From the human T2T-CHM13v2.0 reference genome, Homo sapiens: a DNA stretch of 64,000 nucleotides. Within the stretch, counting starts at the first letter, position 1, and each line of letters begins with the position of its first letter. A model generated the notes under the pieces. The model was given only the letters and a program-made list of their open reading frames with translations. It was not told the DNA's origin and did not search any database. The position numbers were made by a program, and so were the translations under genes. The stretch lies in assembly GCF_009914755.1 (NCBI RefSeq), contig NC_060928.1, one strand, 5' to 3'. This document shows positions 12,910 through 26,852 of the stretch, piece after piece.

Positions 12910-13590
12910 TCCTAAAACTATAAAACCCTAGAACAAATCAGGAGAATAGAACATAACTGAACTAAAAAGCCTCTGTGCAACAAAAGTAACTATCAACAGA
13001 ATAAACAGATGACTTACAGAATGGGAGAATATAATTGTAAACTATGCATCTGATAATCACCTAATATCAAAAATCTATAAGGAACTTAAACAAATTAACA
13101 AAACATACACAAATAACTCCATTAAAAAATGGGGCAGGGACATCAAGAAAGAATTCTCAAAAGAATATATACACAGGAATGTTCAAGATGATCAACTAGA
13201 TGCAGTCAGGAAGTGCCACTGCCAACAGGGGAACACCAGGTTTTTTTAATCATACCAACATAATTTGAACAGATCGTTGAAGAGAAAATACTGAATGTGG
13301 ATGGAGAAAAGAAGTAGTCACCGAGGCTGAAGAGAAAGAAAGCTGAGGACGCTGAATGGGGTGCCTGAATACTACAGCTGGTTCTCTACCCTGAGCTGTT
13401 TCTAGGGAAGGGTGAGTGAAAGGAATAGTAAACAGCTTCCTCTCACTGTAGACATCTGGAATTCTGGCTAGATGGGGCTCCATACCTTCAAGGACATGTG
13501 GACTGGCAGAGGGATCTCCAGAGATTGCACAGAGATGGAGCTGCAGACAAAATCCAGGGACCTTTGTGAATAGGTCCTTTACAGAGACAA
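12910..13590 (+). mobile_element. Old L1 fragments (ORF2 3' region and a 5'UTR-like piece)
   Basis: acagaatgggagaatata...aaaatctataaggaacttaaacaaatt is L1 ORF2-like; the 5'UTR assignment of 13180-13590 is weaker. Confidence 0.6.
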
Positions 13591-13791
13591 GTCTCCTATA
13601 TAAGAAAAACTTGAAGCAAAGGTGTTGCATTCAACTCCTTGCCTTCAGAGGATGCCCTACTCTGTAATGTCATAGCTTTCAATGAACTATCTTTTCTCAC
13701 TGCACTCTGTGACTCACCTTGAATTCCTACCTGTGTGGAATCCGAGAACCTTCTCTCGGTGTCTGAATCAAGGCCCCTTTTTCTGGGAACA
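13590..13791 (+). mobile_element. ERV1-class LTR 3' fragment (LTR8/MER4-group-like)
   Basis: Ends cttgaattcc...tccgagaaccttctctcggtgtctgaatcaaggcccctttttctgggaaca, a typical ERV1 U5 terminus. Confidence 0.55.
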
Positions 13792-14314
13792 CTTCCAAGG
13801 AGACTTTTCTGGCTTTCACTGTTTATCTTAATTTGATGGTTATTAGTCCTCACTCTTCTATTATTTTCTCCCAAGCATTAACTCTGAAGAAAAAAACATT
13901 TGCCTCTATTGTGGTCATAATTTCTACTTTTCTCATATTGATAAATTTGGGATATATCCTAATAAGTAACACTTTCCCTTTCAAAAGATTACCATCATAA
14001 TTTGCCATTACTGAAAGTATGAAAAATTTAAATTATCACATTCCAGGGTCTATTTGTGTTCTCCCTACCAATAGTGATAGGATTCTCATTACAACTGGTA
14101 GTGAATGATCCAACTCTAAAATCTCATTTTGTTGTCTGTTCTTTTTTTCTGACCTCTCTTGGTACATATTTTCAAATGCTGGGTGGCTCCAAGAAGTAGA
14201 CTCTAAGCTGAATATGTTTTTGAGGGAGATAATTCAGGAGTTTTATTGAAAATAACATATGTGAAAAAGTAGGAAGCAAGACTGGACTGTGGAACAAATT
14301 AGGATAAAATTCAG

Positions 14315-14660
14315 TGCAATGGTTTGAATGCTTGAGTGCTCCAAAGATTAATATGTTAAAATTCTTATAACCAAAATGATTGTATTAGCAGACAAAACCT
14401 TTTAGGAGGTGTTTAGGTCACGAAGGCAGAGTCCTCATTAGTGGAATCAATTCCATTCCAAAATTTGCTCACAAGAACTCATGCATCTCTTTTCCCCATT
14501 AAGACATGGTGATGGGCTGCCATCTTGGAGGAATGCCCAATACCAGCATCTTGATTGTGAAAACTTCAGCCTCAAGAACTGTGACAAATAAATGTTTTTT
14601 GTCTATATGCTAGGCAATGTATGGTATTTTTCTGTATAGCACCCTGAGCATGCTAAGACA
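14315..14660 (+). mobile_element. MLT1A-like MaLR solo LTR nested in an older ERVL-type LTR (~14170-14945)
   Basis: tgcaatggtttgaatg ... agcctcaagaactgtgacaaataaatgttt ... ctaagaca; 5-bp flanks ttcag/tgcag resemble a TSD. Confidence 0.75.
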
Positions 14661-15769
14661 TGCAGTCTCAGCATAGGTTTCATCTCACCCACTGGGAGTT
14701 CTGAAGACAAGTTAGCCCTTCAGAGTTGGTCCACGTTGAAATGAGGAAGATGGGCCTTTAGAGTCTTACATATGACCAGGCATTGGATATGGGCTGTCTT
14801 GGAAAGGTCACTTTATACTAGATAGCTTTCAGCAGCGCTGTACTGAGAGAGAGAGAGCTTATAGGTGAGGTATGTCAGTTGTTAATCACTTCATCAGCTG
14901 GAAAGTAATTTCTATATTCCCAAAAGAAAAATCTGGGTGACATATAATGCATGCACTCAAGGACATTAAAAATATTGAACAATATTGCCACTCTGCAGGC
15001 AATATTTGCTCAGAAATTGTGTTCCAACATCCTTTTAAGAAAGACTTATCTCATTTCAGGTTAGCAGATTATTAATAGAATAAAAACAAACGTCTATTTT
15101 GTGACACGCATCTTTTCCTTCCTAATTCTACTTTGATGTAAATTTCTGGTGAGACTTTTTAAAAGTACAAATTACCTGAATTACAAGGCAATCTGTGAAA
15201 CAAGTTCAGGAGTAGGCATTTAGAAGATAAATACTTTCTAAGAGTGAGAAATGTAAGGAATGCTGCAAATATTCAGAAAAAGAAAATATTGTGATTTAGA
15301 CAAAATATTTTCAAATGAAGCAAAGTAACTGTAATTATACTTAAAATATATCTGTTTGGATAAAAAGAAAATGAATTTCTATAGTCACAAAAACAATGTC
15401 AAGAAACATGAAATGATGCTAATATCATAATTGTGAAAATACATAGAGGAAATGAAGACGGTCTATTTGAGAATGTTAAGATAAATAAGAATAGATCACA
15501 CCACTGCCTCACTGTTGACACAATGCTGCTTTCTTATACTAGAAACTCTTCATATACAATTAAATTATCTCTTGTTCTGGAGACAGCCACATTTACAATA
15601 AGAATGAAATTGATTATTCACACATACAAACACAAAATCATTCATCCTTTTCTTTATTCACTTGCTTTCCAAAACCTCTATTGTCAATACTTAAATCATT
15701 GTGACATTGATTGATATTGATATGTACCCAGTTAGAGAAAGTTATAAAGAAAGATAGCATTTTAACAAG

Positions 15770-16494
15770 TTGTCTAAGAAATGGGCTTTTTTGTTTCTTA
15801 TGCTGACAGTTGTATTTTAGCCCTGAATCCTGCGAGAATGTGCTGGTGTGGCCGATGAAATACAGTCTTTGTATCAATTTAATGTTGATACTTGATGAAC
15901 TTGCTCAGAACACCATGAGGTAACTGTGCTTGTCACCTTCAGCTTCCATCCTCATTGATTCCAACAATCTGCTGTTAAATTTGAGGTTTATCCCACATCT
16001 TTTACTCAGAATGAACTTGATTTCCTTTTTATGAAATTGATCAATATATGGATGTATAAGTTTCCAAAGAGTACATTGTTGGCATATGATTCAAAGATGC
16101 AAAAACTACATATCATGAATGTTCTGATACTGTTCAAAAGCTCATTGAGTATGCTGTTTTGAACAAGAAAATTATGAGGAACAGGATTCCAGAATTTATG
16201 TCATTCTTGCAGATGTCAGTTCTCAGTAGTGAGCTGCTATCTGAACAGCTTAGTCTGTTAAACATTTGTTATACATTTGGTCTACTATCATCAATTTACA
16301 ACTGGCAGTATGTACCAAGAACTCTGTGGAGGACTTACATTACCTCCTTCTGATGTAACTGTTGTCATATCAGAACTTAGTACAAAAATACATTTGTAGA
16401 AAGGTGAAAAGTCTGTTGCATTTTCTTCATTTTGACTTTGCATTTGAGATTTTTAACAAAAAGAAGTGGGATCAGTTTTACAGTGAAGTATTAG
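15770..16494 (+). pseudogene. Orphan, heavily decayed UGT2 exon 1
   Basis: TTG.TCT.AAG.AAA.TGG (start lost), [63 protein letters not shown] followed by an intact gtaagt donor; multiple frameshifts; ~725 nt. Confidence 0.9.
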
Positions 16495-16599
16495 GTAAGT
16501 TAGTGTTTAATTTATTCACTTTTCCCTCCAATATATGGAAAGAAACCTTCCTTTTTTGTGTCTGTTGGAGTGTGTTTATAAATTAAAATACAAAATAAC

Positions 16600-17290
16600 C
16601 TTTTTGGTTATGTGAAAGACAAGGGTTGGCAAGATTGTGGAGACATTGAAACCTTCATACATTGTTGGTGAGAATAGAAAATTATTCACTCACTCTGAAA
16701 AAGTCTAGCAATTCCTCAAAAGGTTACACTTACATTTACACATAATTCAGTAATTGCCTTTCTAGGCATATACCCAAGAAAAATAAAAACATGACCACAG
16801 AAATCATGTACATCAATGTTAATCAACGTTATTCATAATGGCCAAAAGTGGAAGAAAATCAATATCCATCAACTGATAAATGAATAAATAAATTGTATTT
16901 ATAAATAGCATCTGATACTATTTGGCAATAGAAACGAAGTCCTTATTTACACTATTCTATGGATGGTCCTTTAAAAACATTAAACTAAATAATAGAAGGC
17001 AGCCACAAAAGACCACATATTATATCGTTCCATTTACTTTTAGAAAGATCCTGAATAGGTGTATTTCTAGAGGCAGAAATTAGATTACTGGTTACCCAGT
17101 GCAGGATGGATGCAGAAATTCAGTGGGGAGAAGAGAGCTAATATACAGGAGGAATTTTCTTTTTTTTTAGATAAAACTCATTGTTATGTTGGATGCACAA
17201 ATCTGTGAATTTACAAGGAAATACTTAATTTTAAATAATAATTGATGAATCATACGGTATTTGAATTATACTTCAACAAAGTTTTACAAG
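16600..17290 (+). mobile_element. Ancient L1M (L1MC/ME-like) 3' fragment
   Basis: gttggcaagattgtggagacattgaaaccttcatacattgttggtgagaat...caatatccatcaactgataaatgaataaataaa. Confidence 0.7.
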
Positions 17291-17588
17291 GTATTCCTTG
17301 AACTACGATATTCAAAAATGCTATTTGCATTGTACAATCTCTTTATCTCTTATTCGGTGTCAAGGGCCCTGCAGGACTGTCTCACTTGCCACTGTTCTTG
17401 ACACCATTATAAAATACATTGTATAAAACAGGGTACTTGCAAGGTCATTAATCTTAGGTAGATGACAGCAAATATAAAAGAAACATCAAACATCCTTGAG
17501 TAAATATGAAGCAACCGAACTTTGTTTGTCTCCTTGCCATCCATGGACTCAGGATGTTCATATAATGTATTTACTTTGAATTGAAGGA

Positions 17589-17626
17589 GTTATGTTTTAA
17601 CTTGATTGATTTATCTCTGTATATAA
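17589..17626 (+). promoter_or_regulatory. UGT2B proximal promoter of copy B: HNF1 site, adjacent PBX-type site, TATA box
   Basis: GTTATGTTTTAAC (17589-17601, HNF1-like), TTGATTGAT (17602-17610), TATATAA (17620-17626), 50 nt upstream of the start-codon position; this layout is known for UGT2B promoters. Forkhead-like TGTATTTAC at 17566. Confidence 0.75.
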
Positions 17627-17675
17627 GTATGAGAAAGAAACAGTGACTTGAAAAGAATGATCACATTGCACCAGG

Positions 17676-18396
17676 ATAGTTCTGAAATGGGCTTCAGTTC
17701 TTCTGCTGATACATCTCAGTTGTTACTTTAGCTCTGGGAGTTGTGGAAAGGTGCTGGTTTGGGCCACAGAATACAGCCTTTGGATGAATATGAAGACAAT
17801 CCTGAAAGAGCTTGTTCAGAGAGGTCATGAGGTGACTGTACTGGCATCTTCAGCTTCCATTCTTTTTGATCCCAACGACTCATCCACTCTTAAACTCGAA
17901 GTTTATCCTACATCTTTAACTAAAACTGAATTTGAGAATATCGTCATGCAACAGGTTAAGAGATGGTCAGACATTCCAAAAGATACATTTTGGTTATATT
18001 TTTCACAAGAACAAGAAATGCTGTGGGAATTACATGACATATTTAGAAACTTCTGTAAAGATCTCATTTCAAATAAGAAACTTATGAAAAAACTATTAGA
18101 GTCAAGATTTGACATCGTTTTTGCAGATGCTTTTTTTCCTTGTGGTGAGCTGCTGGCTGAGCTATTTAACATACCCTTTGTGTACAGTCTCCGCTTTACT
18201 CCTGGCTACACAATTGAAAGGCACAGTGGAGGACTGATTTTCCCTCCTTCCTACATACCTATTGTTATGTCAAAATTAAGTGATCAAATGACTTTCATGG
18301 AGAGGGTAAAAAATATGATCTATGTGATTTATTTTGACTTTTGGTTCCAAATATGTGATATGAAGAAGTGGGATCAGTTTTACAGTGAAGTTTTAG
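17676..18396 (+). pseudogene. Copy B exon 1 coding (signal peptide and aglycone-binding domain)
   Basis: [ATA][39 protein letters not shown]...[10 protein letters not shown]; 721 nt; gtaaga donor; ORF 17751..18419. Confidence 0.95.
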
Positions 18397-19687
18397 GTAA
18401 GAATTTTTTCAGTTGGTAACATAAATATCTAACTTATTTGTGTCTTTGAAGCAGAGCTTATATAAAGCCATAAAGTCAGGGAAGTGGAGTTTTTGGTAAG
18501 TGAATTTGTGAAATGAAAATACAAGATGATCTATCAATCTCACAAATATTATAGAAAATCTTAAATTATGAGGTCTCTTAAAACCCTGTGGCCATCTTTC
18601 ACATAGAACACGCTAGGAAATCATAAACAAATATTAGTACACCTAAGATGTTAAGCAATTACACATCTGTTTTACTATATAATGTTTTAGATCTTAAAAA
18701 CAGTAAAATCCATCAAGTAACATCTTACCAAATGCATAGATTTAGAATGAGTAATTATACATTTTTCTACAACTATCTATATTACTGCAGAAATTTTTCT
18801 CTGTAAATCTCAGTTTTCTTATTTAGAAATTAAAAGATATTCCCATGTTACCAGAAGGTTTCCTTCACAGTAGAGAGAGATAATGTCTACATCTCAGGTG
18901 CAAAAATCAATAAGGGTAATTTGAAGTTTCTAATGTTTTTATACTCCTTCACTAAAGAATTGGAATTCATTCATTTGAAGTCCAATTATCTTGTTGAAGT
19001 GTGAAGGTTGTTAGATCTATATAGTTTATTTGAAACTATGTCTCTTTATTTAAAAATATGAGACAGATTAAGGTTGAGTACAGATCTCTACTTCAATAAT
19101 TTCTCAAAAATATCTAGCTATAATTTACAAATATATTTACTTAAAAGATAATATTATTAAGATCTTAGCTCAAATCCAAATGAGTAGTTGGTACAAGGAT
19201 TTCTGCCATACTCTCAAAATAGTCCAGAGTTCACTTGAAGAACCAAGGATAAAAGGATTAGCTAAATGAGCTGTGTAAACCAGACTGTTAGAAAATTGTT
19301 TTTATGGGTACAGTAGAATTAATTGATTATGGAGCTCAAAGAGTTGTTTAAATATCTATATGCTACTATTGAAGCTTTAAAGAGAAAATAAATTGATGTT
19401 TAATTATCTATGACTTATTTTAATAATTATGGGTATACTGACATGACATTAGAGATGTAGCTTAACCTCATAATTCTCCCACCACTTTGCCTTTCTTATA
19501 AATAAACATGGGCAAAATATATAATACATAAAAATATATTATTCATATATATGAATATATGTATATATTTTTCAAAGCACACAAACTTTACCTACATCTT
19601 TGCCTACGTTATTCTAACCCCTTTCAGAAAGTTATATAAAGTAACTGTCTTACGTCATCCACTTTTTCTTTTCTTTATTCCTGTCAG

Positions 19688-19836
19688 GAAGACCCACTAC
19701 CTTATTTGAGACAATGGGGAAAGCTGACATATGGCTTATGCGAAACTCCTGGAATTTTCAGTTTCCTCATCCATTCTTACCAAATGTTGATTTTGTTGGA
19801 GGATTTCACTGCAAACCTGCCAAACCCCTACCTAAG
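19688..19836 (+). pseudogene. Copy B exon 2
   Basis: 149 nt, gtcag acceptor, gtaaac donor intact. Confidence 0.95.
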
Positions 19837-22800
19837 GTAAACATGCTTTCGTTGGTTTTATTTTGTTGGCTTCGAAGTTTCAGTAGAAATGAGTCTATAG
19901 TCTTCATTCAGAATGTTTGACTTACACTGAAAGAAAGATGGGAAGTAGGTGGTGTAAAGCAGATACCAATTAGAAACTCATGTACATGTTAATACCATCA
20001 CACATATGTGAGTTTTATGCATATTACAGATAGAGAGGAATAGTAAGGAGACTTTGAAAATAGAGTTGGTTAAAGTAAAGTCTTGATTATGCAACACCTA
20101 AGAAGGTATTGATCATTCATTCAGAGAATATTTATAAAGGGATTAGCACAAAACACAAGTAAGTGCAGAAATTTCAGAGAAAAAAAAAGACACAGTTTCC
20201 GTCCCTACATACTTTACATTCTACTTTGAAATATAGAATATAAGTAATTAATGAAAATGTTATAAAAAACTATTATCTCAAGGAAAAACCCAATGTCAAG
20301 AAAGCATCAGTGGAGATAATAGAAAGTATCCTGGAGTCACTGATTAGTAAGATGAGAGCTGAACAATATGTAGGAATAGGTAAAAGAACGACGGGGAGGG
20401 GCAGACAAAAAGGGAAAGCAGATAAAGTGGTCAGGACAGTTCTCAAGTCCTCAGGTTTTGTTTTCAGGGAATGATTAAGAATCAGATGATATTAAGAGGT
20501 AAATTAGAGCCAGATACATATTAGGAGTGGAAATATTTGTTAAGAATATTGAAAAACTACTAAAAAGAGTTAAGAAATAAATATATATGAAACGATTCTC
20601 TTTTTTAAGAAAAGCCTCCAAGATATTCAATGGATTAAATTACAGAAGGGCCACACTGTAAAGAGCCAACCATTCAGGAAATTTTGCATGGATTCAGGTA
20701 GCAGATGATGGAAAAGTAGACTAGAATGTTGATAGAAATAATTATGCCTACATTTACAAAAATAGTACCAACTTCATATTTTGTTGTGTGGAAAAAATAT
20801 TAAAACAGACAAAACACTTAAAATGTCTCTGGCATATAGGCAATGACTCAGAAATGTTATTAATTTTGCATTATGGTTATTTTGTGATTATTACTAATAC
20901 TACTAACTACTTAATATGTGTAAGTCACTTGAGATATCATTCCTCATTTAAGAGAACCAGATTATTCAGCACATCAAGGTTATATTCTCTTGCAAAGTCA
21001 TAGATGACAGATACCCTGTGGACTTGATTAAAATTAGACATATCAATTGTGACAGCAAGTTGAGCTGCTTGAAATTCTACAATTCTACCATAAGTAATAA
21101 GGATCTTCACCAGTATTCCAGCTTAAAACACTTCCTCAGCAATATAAATGTGTACCTCAAATATGTGCAGACAAACCCAGGGTTCACTTGACTTTAATAA
21201 AGTATTTAAATCATTCTGCATTGAGATCCCAGAATTTAACATTTTAGATCATAAACATACCCTATTAGAGCAGACGATGTCTGCCTTATGACAAGCAACT
21301 CAGCAAAGCTTCCTGGGGGAACTTGTCTCAACATCATAGGTGCCTGACAGAGAAGCACAGAGATAGTGAACAATGCATGTATAATAAAGACCAAATAATT
21401 TCTACCACTTGTATCTGAATAGTGCCCTTAGTTTCAATACGAAAAAAATTCTGTCAGCATATAAGATTATATTCTTTTTGAAGGAACACAAAAACCACAT
21501 ATATTTTAAATTAATATCACACTTTAAGACATACGTACAAAGAAAGCCTTCTTCAATGCATTATTACTCAACCTCTTAAAAGAACATTTTTGCTTACATA
21601 AAACTGAGATGTTATTCCATTGTTAAAACTCAGTATCTCTGTTTAATGCAAATTGTATGGGCTTTATATAGTCACTTTCTCAAGAGACAAAAGCTGAGGT
21701 AAGACTAATGAAAAATCTATGCCACTCAACACTACTTTTGAAAGATTTCCCCATTCACATTAAGGGAAACTGACAGTGCAAATAGGAGGAGGAAGAGAGT
21801 AGGAGATGTAGAAGGACAAGAAAAAAGGTTGACTAGTAGTACAATAGTGGTAATTACTAATACTAGGTCTTGTTATTAACTTGCAGAAAGCTTTGAATGC
21901 AAGTCAATTGTTGTGAAACTGCTTCTTTGATTGTTTATTATGTAAAACAATTGCTAACCCAGGTTGCATTCTTTTCAATTATATATTACATTCTCAGATA
22001 ATTTCTATATATTTTAAGAGAATAAGACACTTGACAAAATGTATCAAGTGTTTTAAAAATGCATATTGTTATTAATTTTATAATATATTCACGTGAAATC
22101 ATAAAAAAATCAAGGTGTATCTATTAAACCTTATGGAAAATATTCACAAAATTAACATTAGAAGTAATCCAACATCTTATACGAAAGAATGATTAAAACT
22201 TATGTGCATATAGTAGCATTAAAATAATTTTATCAATGAAATGTTCAGTTACACTTTCAGCCATAATACAAACAAAGTGAATTAGAAAATGATAAATATA
22301 GCAAGATGGCAAGTTTTTGCAGGAGGAAATGTATATACAATAAGATTAAAATTTTCTAAATAAGTGTCACATGTATACATTGACCTATATAAATTTGACA
22401 AAATCCATAATAAAAAATACATATTTTCTAAAAATTATACCTCTAGATAGAAATTTTAGAAAAATTATCTTTTAAAAAGGTTTCCATACTTTTATAAAAT
22501 TTCTTACATTAATTTTGTATTATTTTTATAATATTATCACAAAAGGAGAAACAAGCAGTCCATATCAGTGATGAATCTCTAAACAGAGGTTAGATTCCTT
22601 CAACACCTGGTAGAAAAACAAGGCTCTGGTGTCAAGCCAGTGAGATGAAACACTGAAAACGAGTTACATTAAATGTGGCTACAGGTAACTGCAATCACAT
22701 ACAACACCTAGAAGCCCCAGGTATTACGTGGAATAGTAGTACAAGGACTCTCACGTTAACGTAAGATTAAAAATCATATTTTAAGAAAACACTCTGCCAT

Positions 22801-23923
22801 ATGTGATGCACTGTTTACATTTAGACTTTTTTTTCTTTGTTTTGTTAAAAAACATTTGGAAAAGTTTTACCCCAATGATTAAATCTGAAAATATTTAAAT
22901 TTAAATATTGGTATACATTGGGGAACTCAAGTCAGAATAATTCTCAATCAATTGCAGCCAAGCACATCTTCACCAGGAGTGTAATGTGGTGTGCGTGAGC
23001 TACTCAAAAGAGAGACAAGATCCCCCTGAAGAAAGGCCTGGTGGCCTCTTCTATTCTGGTGCCAGTGCTGCCTCTGAGACACAACAAAGTGATGATGAGA
23101 GTTCCTCACATGCAGTTAGAAATAGCACATCAATTTAACAGTGTGATTTCAGGGCAATAGGTGTTCCACCTAAACAATAACCTGAAAGGTACAATTATTC
23201 AACAACTAACTATAAACTCTACAATTCCATGTGATAAATGAGACTCCCAAGACTGATTCATAAAAATTCCAAATCACAATACTAGACTCAGGAATGTCAG
23301 TGATTCTTAACCACCAGCTTTTATTTTCATTTTTTGAAAAACTACTGGAAAACTCTGACAAACTTTAAGTGAAGCATAAAGCATTCTGGAGGAACATAAA
23401 TGTAGAGATAAAATTATCCCAACTGTGAATAGCTTTTCCTCAGTGCTCATATTTAGGGAAGAAAACCACTAATGTCTTCAAACTAAAAGAATTCTACAGA
23501 AAACCTGCCTGAAATAAACACAAGTGATTTAGTAGAACAAAAACATAGGATTAAAGCCGAGTGGTGCCACTATTCCAAGAACTTATATTAGTAATTATAG
23601 TATTATAAGTGAAGGGTCTGGGTATATTTTTTAACATTATCTCGCTGACTACAATGTAATGGCTCCATTTCTTTCCTCCATTACACACATGCAGACACAT
23701 ACATACATATACACACATATTTACACAAATATCCTTAACAGAGGCCAACTATCTCAAACATCTTCTTGCAAAGAAACTGAGTGATTTAGTTAAAAAATAT
23801 TATTAACTCCAATAATTCCTCAAAATACTTGATTTTCTCTCTTTAATATTTGGTACCAATTCTTTCAGTAGTGCCTGCTGTGGTGATACTCTTTTGTGAT
23901 GAAACAATTTTTTTTTTTCACAG

Positions 23924-24055
23924 GAAATGGAGGAGTTTGTACAGAGCTCTGGAGAAAATGGTGTTGTGGTGTTTTCTCTGGGGTCAATGGTCAGTAACAT
24001 GACAGCAGAAAGGGCCAACGTAATTGCAACAGCCCTTGCCAAGATCCCACAAAAG
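23924..24055 (+). pseudogene. Copy B exon 3 ([44 protein letters not shown])
   Basis: 132 nt, canonical splice sites. Confidence 0.95.
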
Positions 24056-25774
24056 GTAAGATAAAGTGCCTTACTGGTGTGGAAAACTACTGAAAGAGGC
24101 TGTTAAAGTTTGTGATCTACATAGAAAGAATATTAAGAGTAGATTGAACTCTTTACAGCCAAATGCAGCCTTAAATATGCTTGTGTAGCTTCCACTGACA
24201 CAAGTAATAGTTGTGCCTCAGACTTAGTGGTTACATGTGGCCCTGGGGTAGTTACTGCCCTTGTTATGCATGAGTGGTTCCTATTAGTATCAGTGGGAAC
24301 TCAGTACTCCATATGTATCCACAAAAGGGAATTGAGACTCATGGTTATTTTTAATTTCTGATATTAACAGTCATACATACTGCTGAATTTAACTCAATAT
24401 AGTTCAGGTAAGTGAAAATGGTGCTTAATGTAATCTTTAGAATGACTTTCAGGTGTTTTCAACTAAAAATACATATCCAGAACTGCATCTTTGTAGAAAT
24501 ACAAAGAAGACTTATGATAATTTTCTTCAAAACACTTTTCCTAATCTCAGCAATATCCAATGAGTGAAGAACATTTGACTTACTCTTGGGCCACCTCTAC
24601 TACTTACCGTACTCTGGAAGCTCTTGGTGAATGTTTACAATTAAGGAATGTACTATTTCTGTTTGTACTTTAAGTCAAATGCTTATGTGAAATATGTGAC
24701 AACAAATAGAGAACACTGCCTGAAGCAGGAAGATGAAAGAGAAAGGATGGAGATGGATCCTGACCTGAAGGTGGATCCTGTCCAGTATAAAATGTGGCCC
24801 CACAAGGACTCAACACTAACTACCAGATTAACAACCCCTCCCAATGGAGGCAGCGGAAGGAAATATAGGAAGGAGTCAAACAGAAGGAAGCCAGGCAGTT
24901 GAACAGGTTCAGATGCCCCCTCCATAGAACACAGTAGGAATATATTTTCTTCTATATAGAATAAACAAGGGACCTTTGTGTATTTGTGAATTACTTTTTA
25001 ATTTCCTATCTGATAAAGCTTTCTTGTAATGACCTCTTTTTGCTGAAACCTGAGTTACTTTAACACTGATGTAGCAAATAAAAGTTAAACACTGTAAATT
25101 ATTGTTCAGTTTGTGAGGATTGCTTTGGAGTTTCAAAATTAGTAACTTAAACATAAAAATGTCTTGGCTATAGCAGAACATATTAATCACTGTTGTCAAA
25201 GTTTGTAGCTCGTTGTCTAAGTGTTAATAATCAGTTGACCAAATTCAGCAAAATACAATTTTGAGTTTATTCAACAGCTTTATTTGTATTCATGATACCA
25301 ACAGGTTCCTCATTTCTAGGCAAAAAAAAAAAAAAAAAAAAAAACAAAATTAACAATACGGTAATATTCTGAATTTGTGTCTAAAATTGTCACTTGAAAT
25401 TTTTCTTGGAAGTAGTGCTTGATAATTTGTAATTCCAATGAAGTTATACATAACACCTTGGCAGCATTTATTTATTTATTATAAGTAGCTTATTTTACAG
25501 ACTTGCTATTTTGTCAATCAAAGGACAACAGGCTCCAATGTAATAACCTACCGACAAGTAGATATATTTAAACTACTTCTCATATTATTCAAAAATAAAT
25601 GAATACATTACAATTAAATTTGGAGATGAAGACTAATATAAAATACATAAAACAAACATATAGGTCATTACTAAATAGTTACTGTTTTTTTACACTGGAA
25701 TTACAATGACTCCTTATAAGTTTTTATACTTTTTTTAGAATATTTTTATTTTTTAAATTAAATTAATTTAACTT

Positions 25775-26592
25775 TTATTTTTAACGTTTATTTTAAGTTC
25801 AGGAGTACATGTGCAGGTTTCTTACATACGTAAACTTGTGTCATGGGGGTTTGCTGTACTGATTGTTTCATTACCCAGGTATTAAAACTAATATTTGTTT
25901 ATTAGTTTTCCTGATCCTCTCTTTCCTCCCACACTCCACCCTCCAATACATCTCAGTGTATGTTGTTGCCATGTATGTGTCCACATGTTCTCATCTTTTA
26001 GTTTCCACTCATAAGTGAGGACATGTCACATTTGGATTTCAATTCCTATGTTAGCTTGCTAAGGCTAATGGCCTCCTGCTCCATCCTTATCCCTGCAAAA
26101 ATACATATTTTTGCTTTTTTATGGCTGCATAATATTCTGTAGTGTATATATGCCATATTTTCTTTATTCATTCCATAATTGATGGTCATTTAGGTTGATT
26201 GCATGTCCTTGCTATTGTGAATAGTACTGCAACTAACATATATGTTCATGGATCTTTATAAAAGAACAAGTTATAGTCCTTAGGTTATATACCCAGTAAT
26301 GGGATTGCTGGGTTTCATGGTATTTTTGCCTCTGGGTTTTTGAGGAATCACCACACTGTCTTCCACAATGGTTGAACTAACTTACATTCCAACCAAAAGA
26401 GTATAAGCATTCCTTTCCTATATAACCTCACCAACATCATGATATTTTTTGAATTTTTAATAATGGCCATTCTGACTGGTGTGAGATGCTATCTCATTAT
26501 GGTTTTGATTTGAATTTCTCTAATGATCTGTGATGCTAATTTTTTTTCTTCATGTGATGGTTGGCCGCAGGTAGGTCTTTTTTTAAAAAGTG
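25775..26592 (-). mobile_element. Old L1P 3' fragment in intron 3 of copy B
   Basis: Paralog of 6345-7160. Confidence 0.85.
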
Positions 26593-26852
26593 TAACAATT
26601 TTTTAAATACTTGAACTTTTCATTGATAATCTTATTTTTCTAAGGTACTATTTTGGAAAATAATGGTTTCTTATATATCTAAATCATTATAAAAGTTAAG
26701 AAAATAAAATGTGAGTATTGTTTTTACATCAATCTTTGAGTAGATTTATTTACTAACATCCCTTGATCTCATTCCTACCCTTTTTACAGTTCTAACATTC
26801 TATAATTTTTGAGTTCCACTCATGGAATAAGATATTCTCTTTACTGTAACAG

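Noticed and set aside
17903-18172. Antisense ORFs over UGT exons (also 4484-4693, 8340-8686, 23803-24042, 49728-49934)
   Set aside because: Shadow frames of the coding exons.
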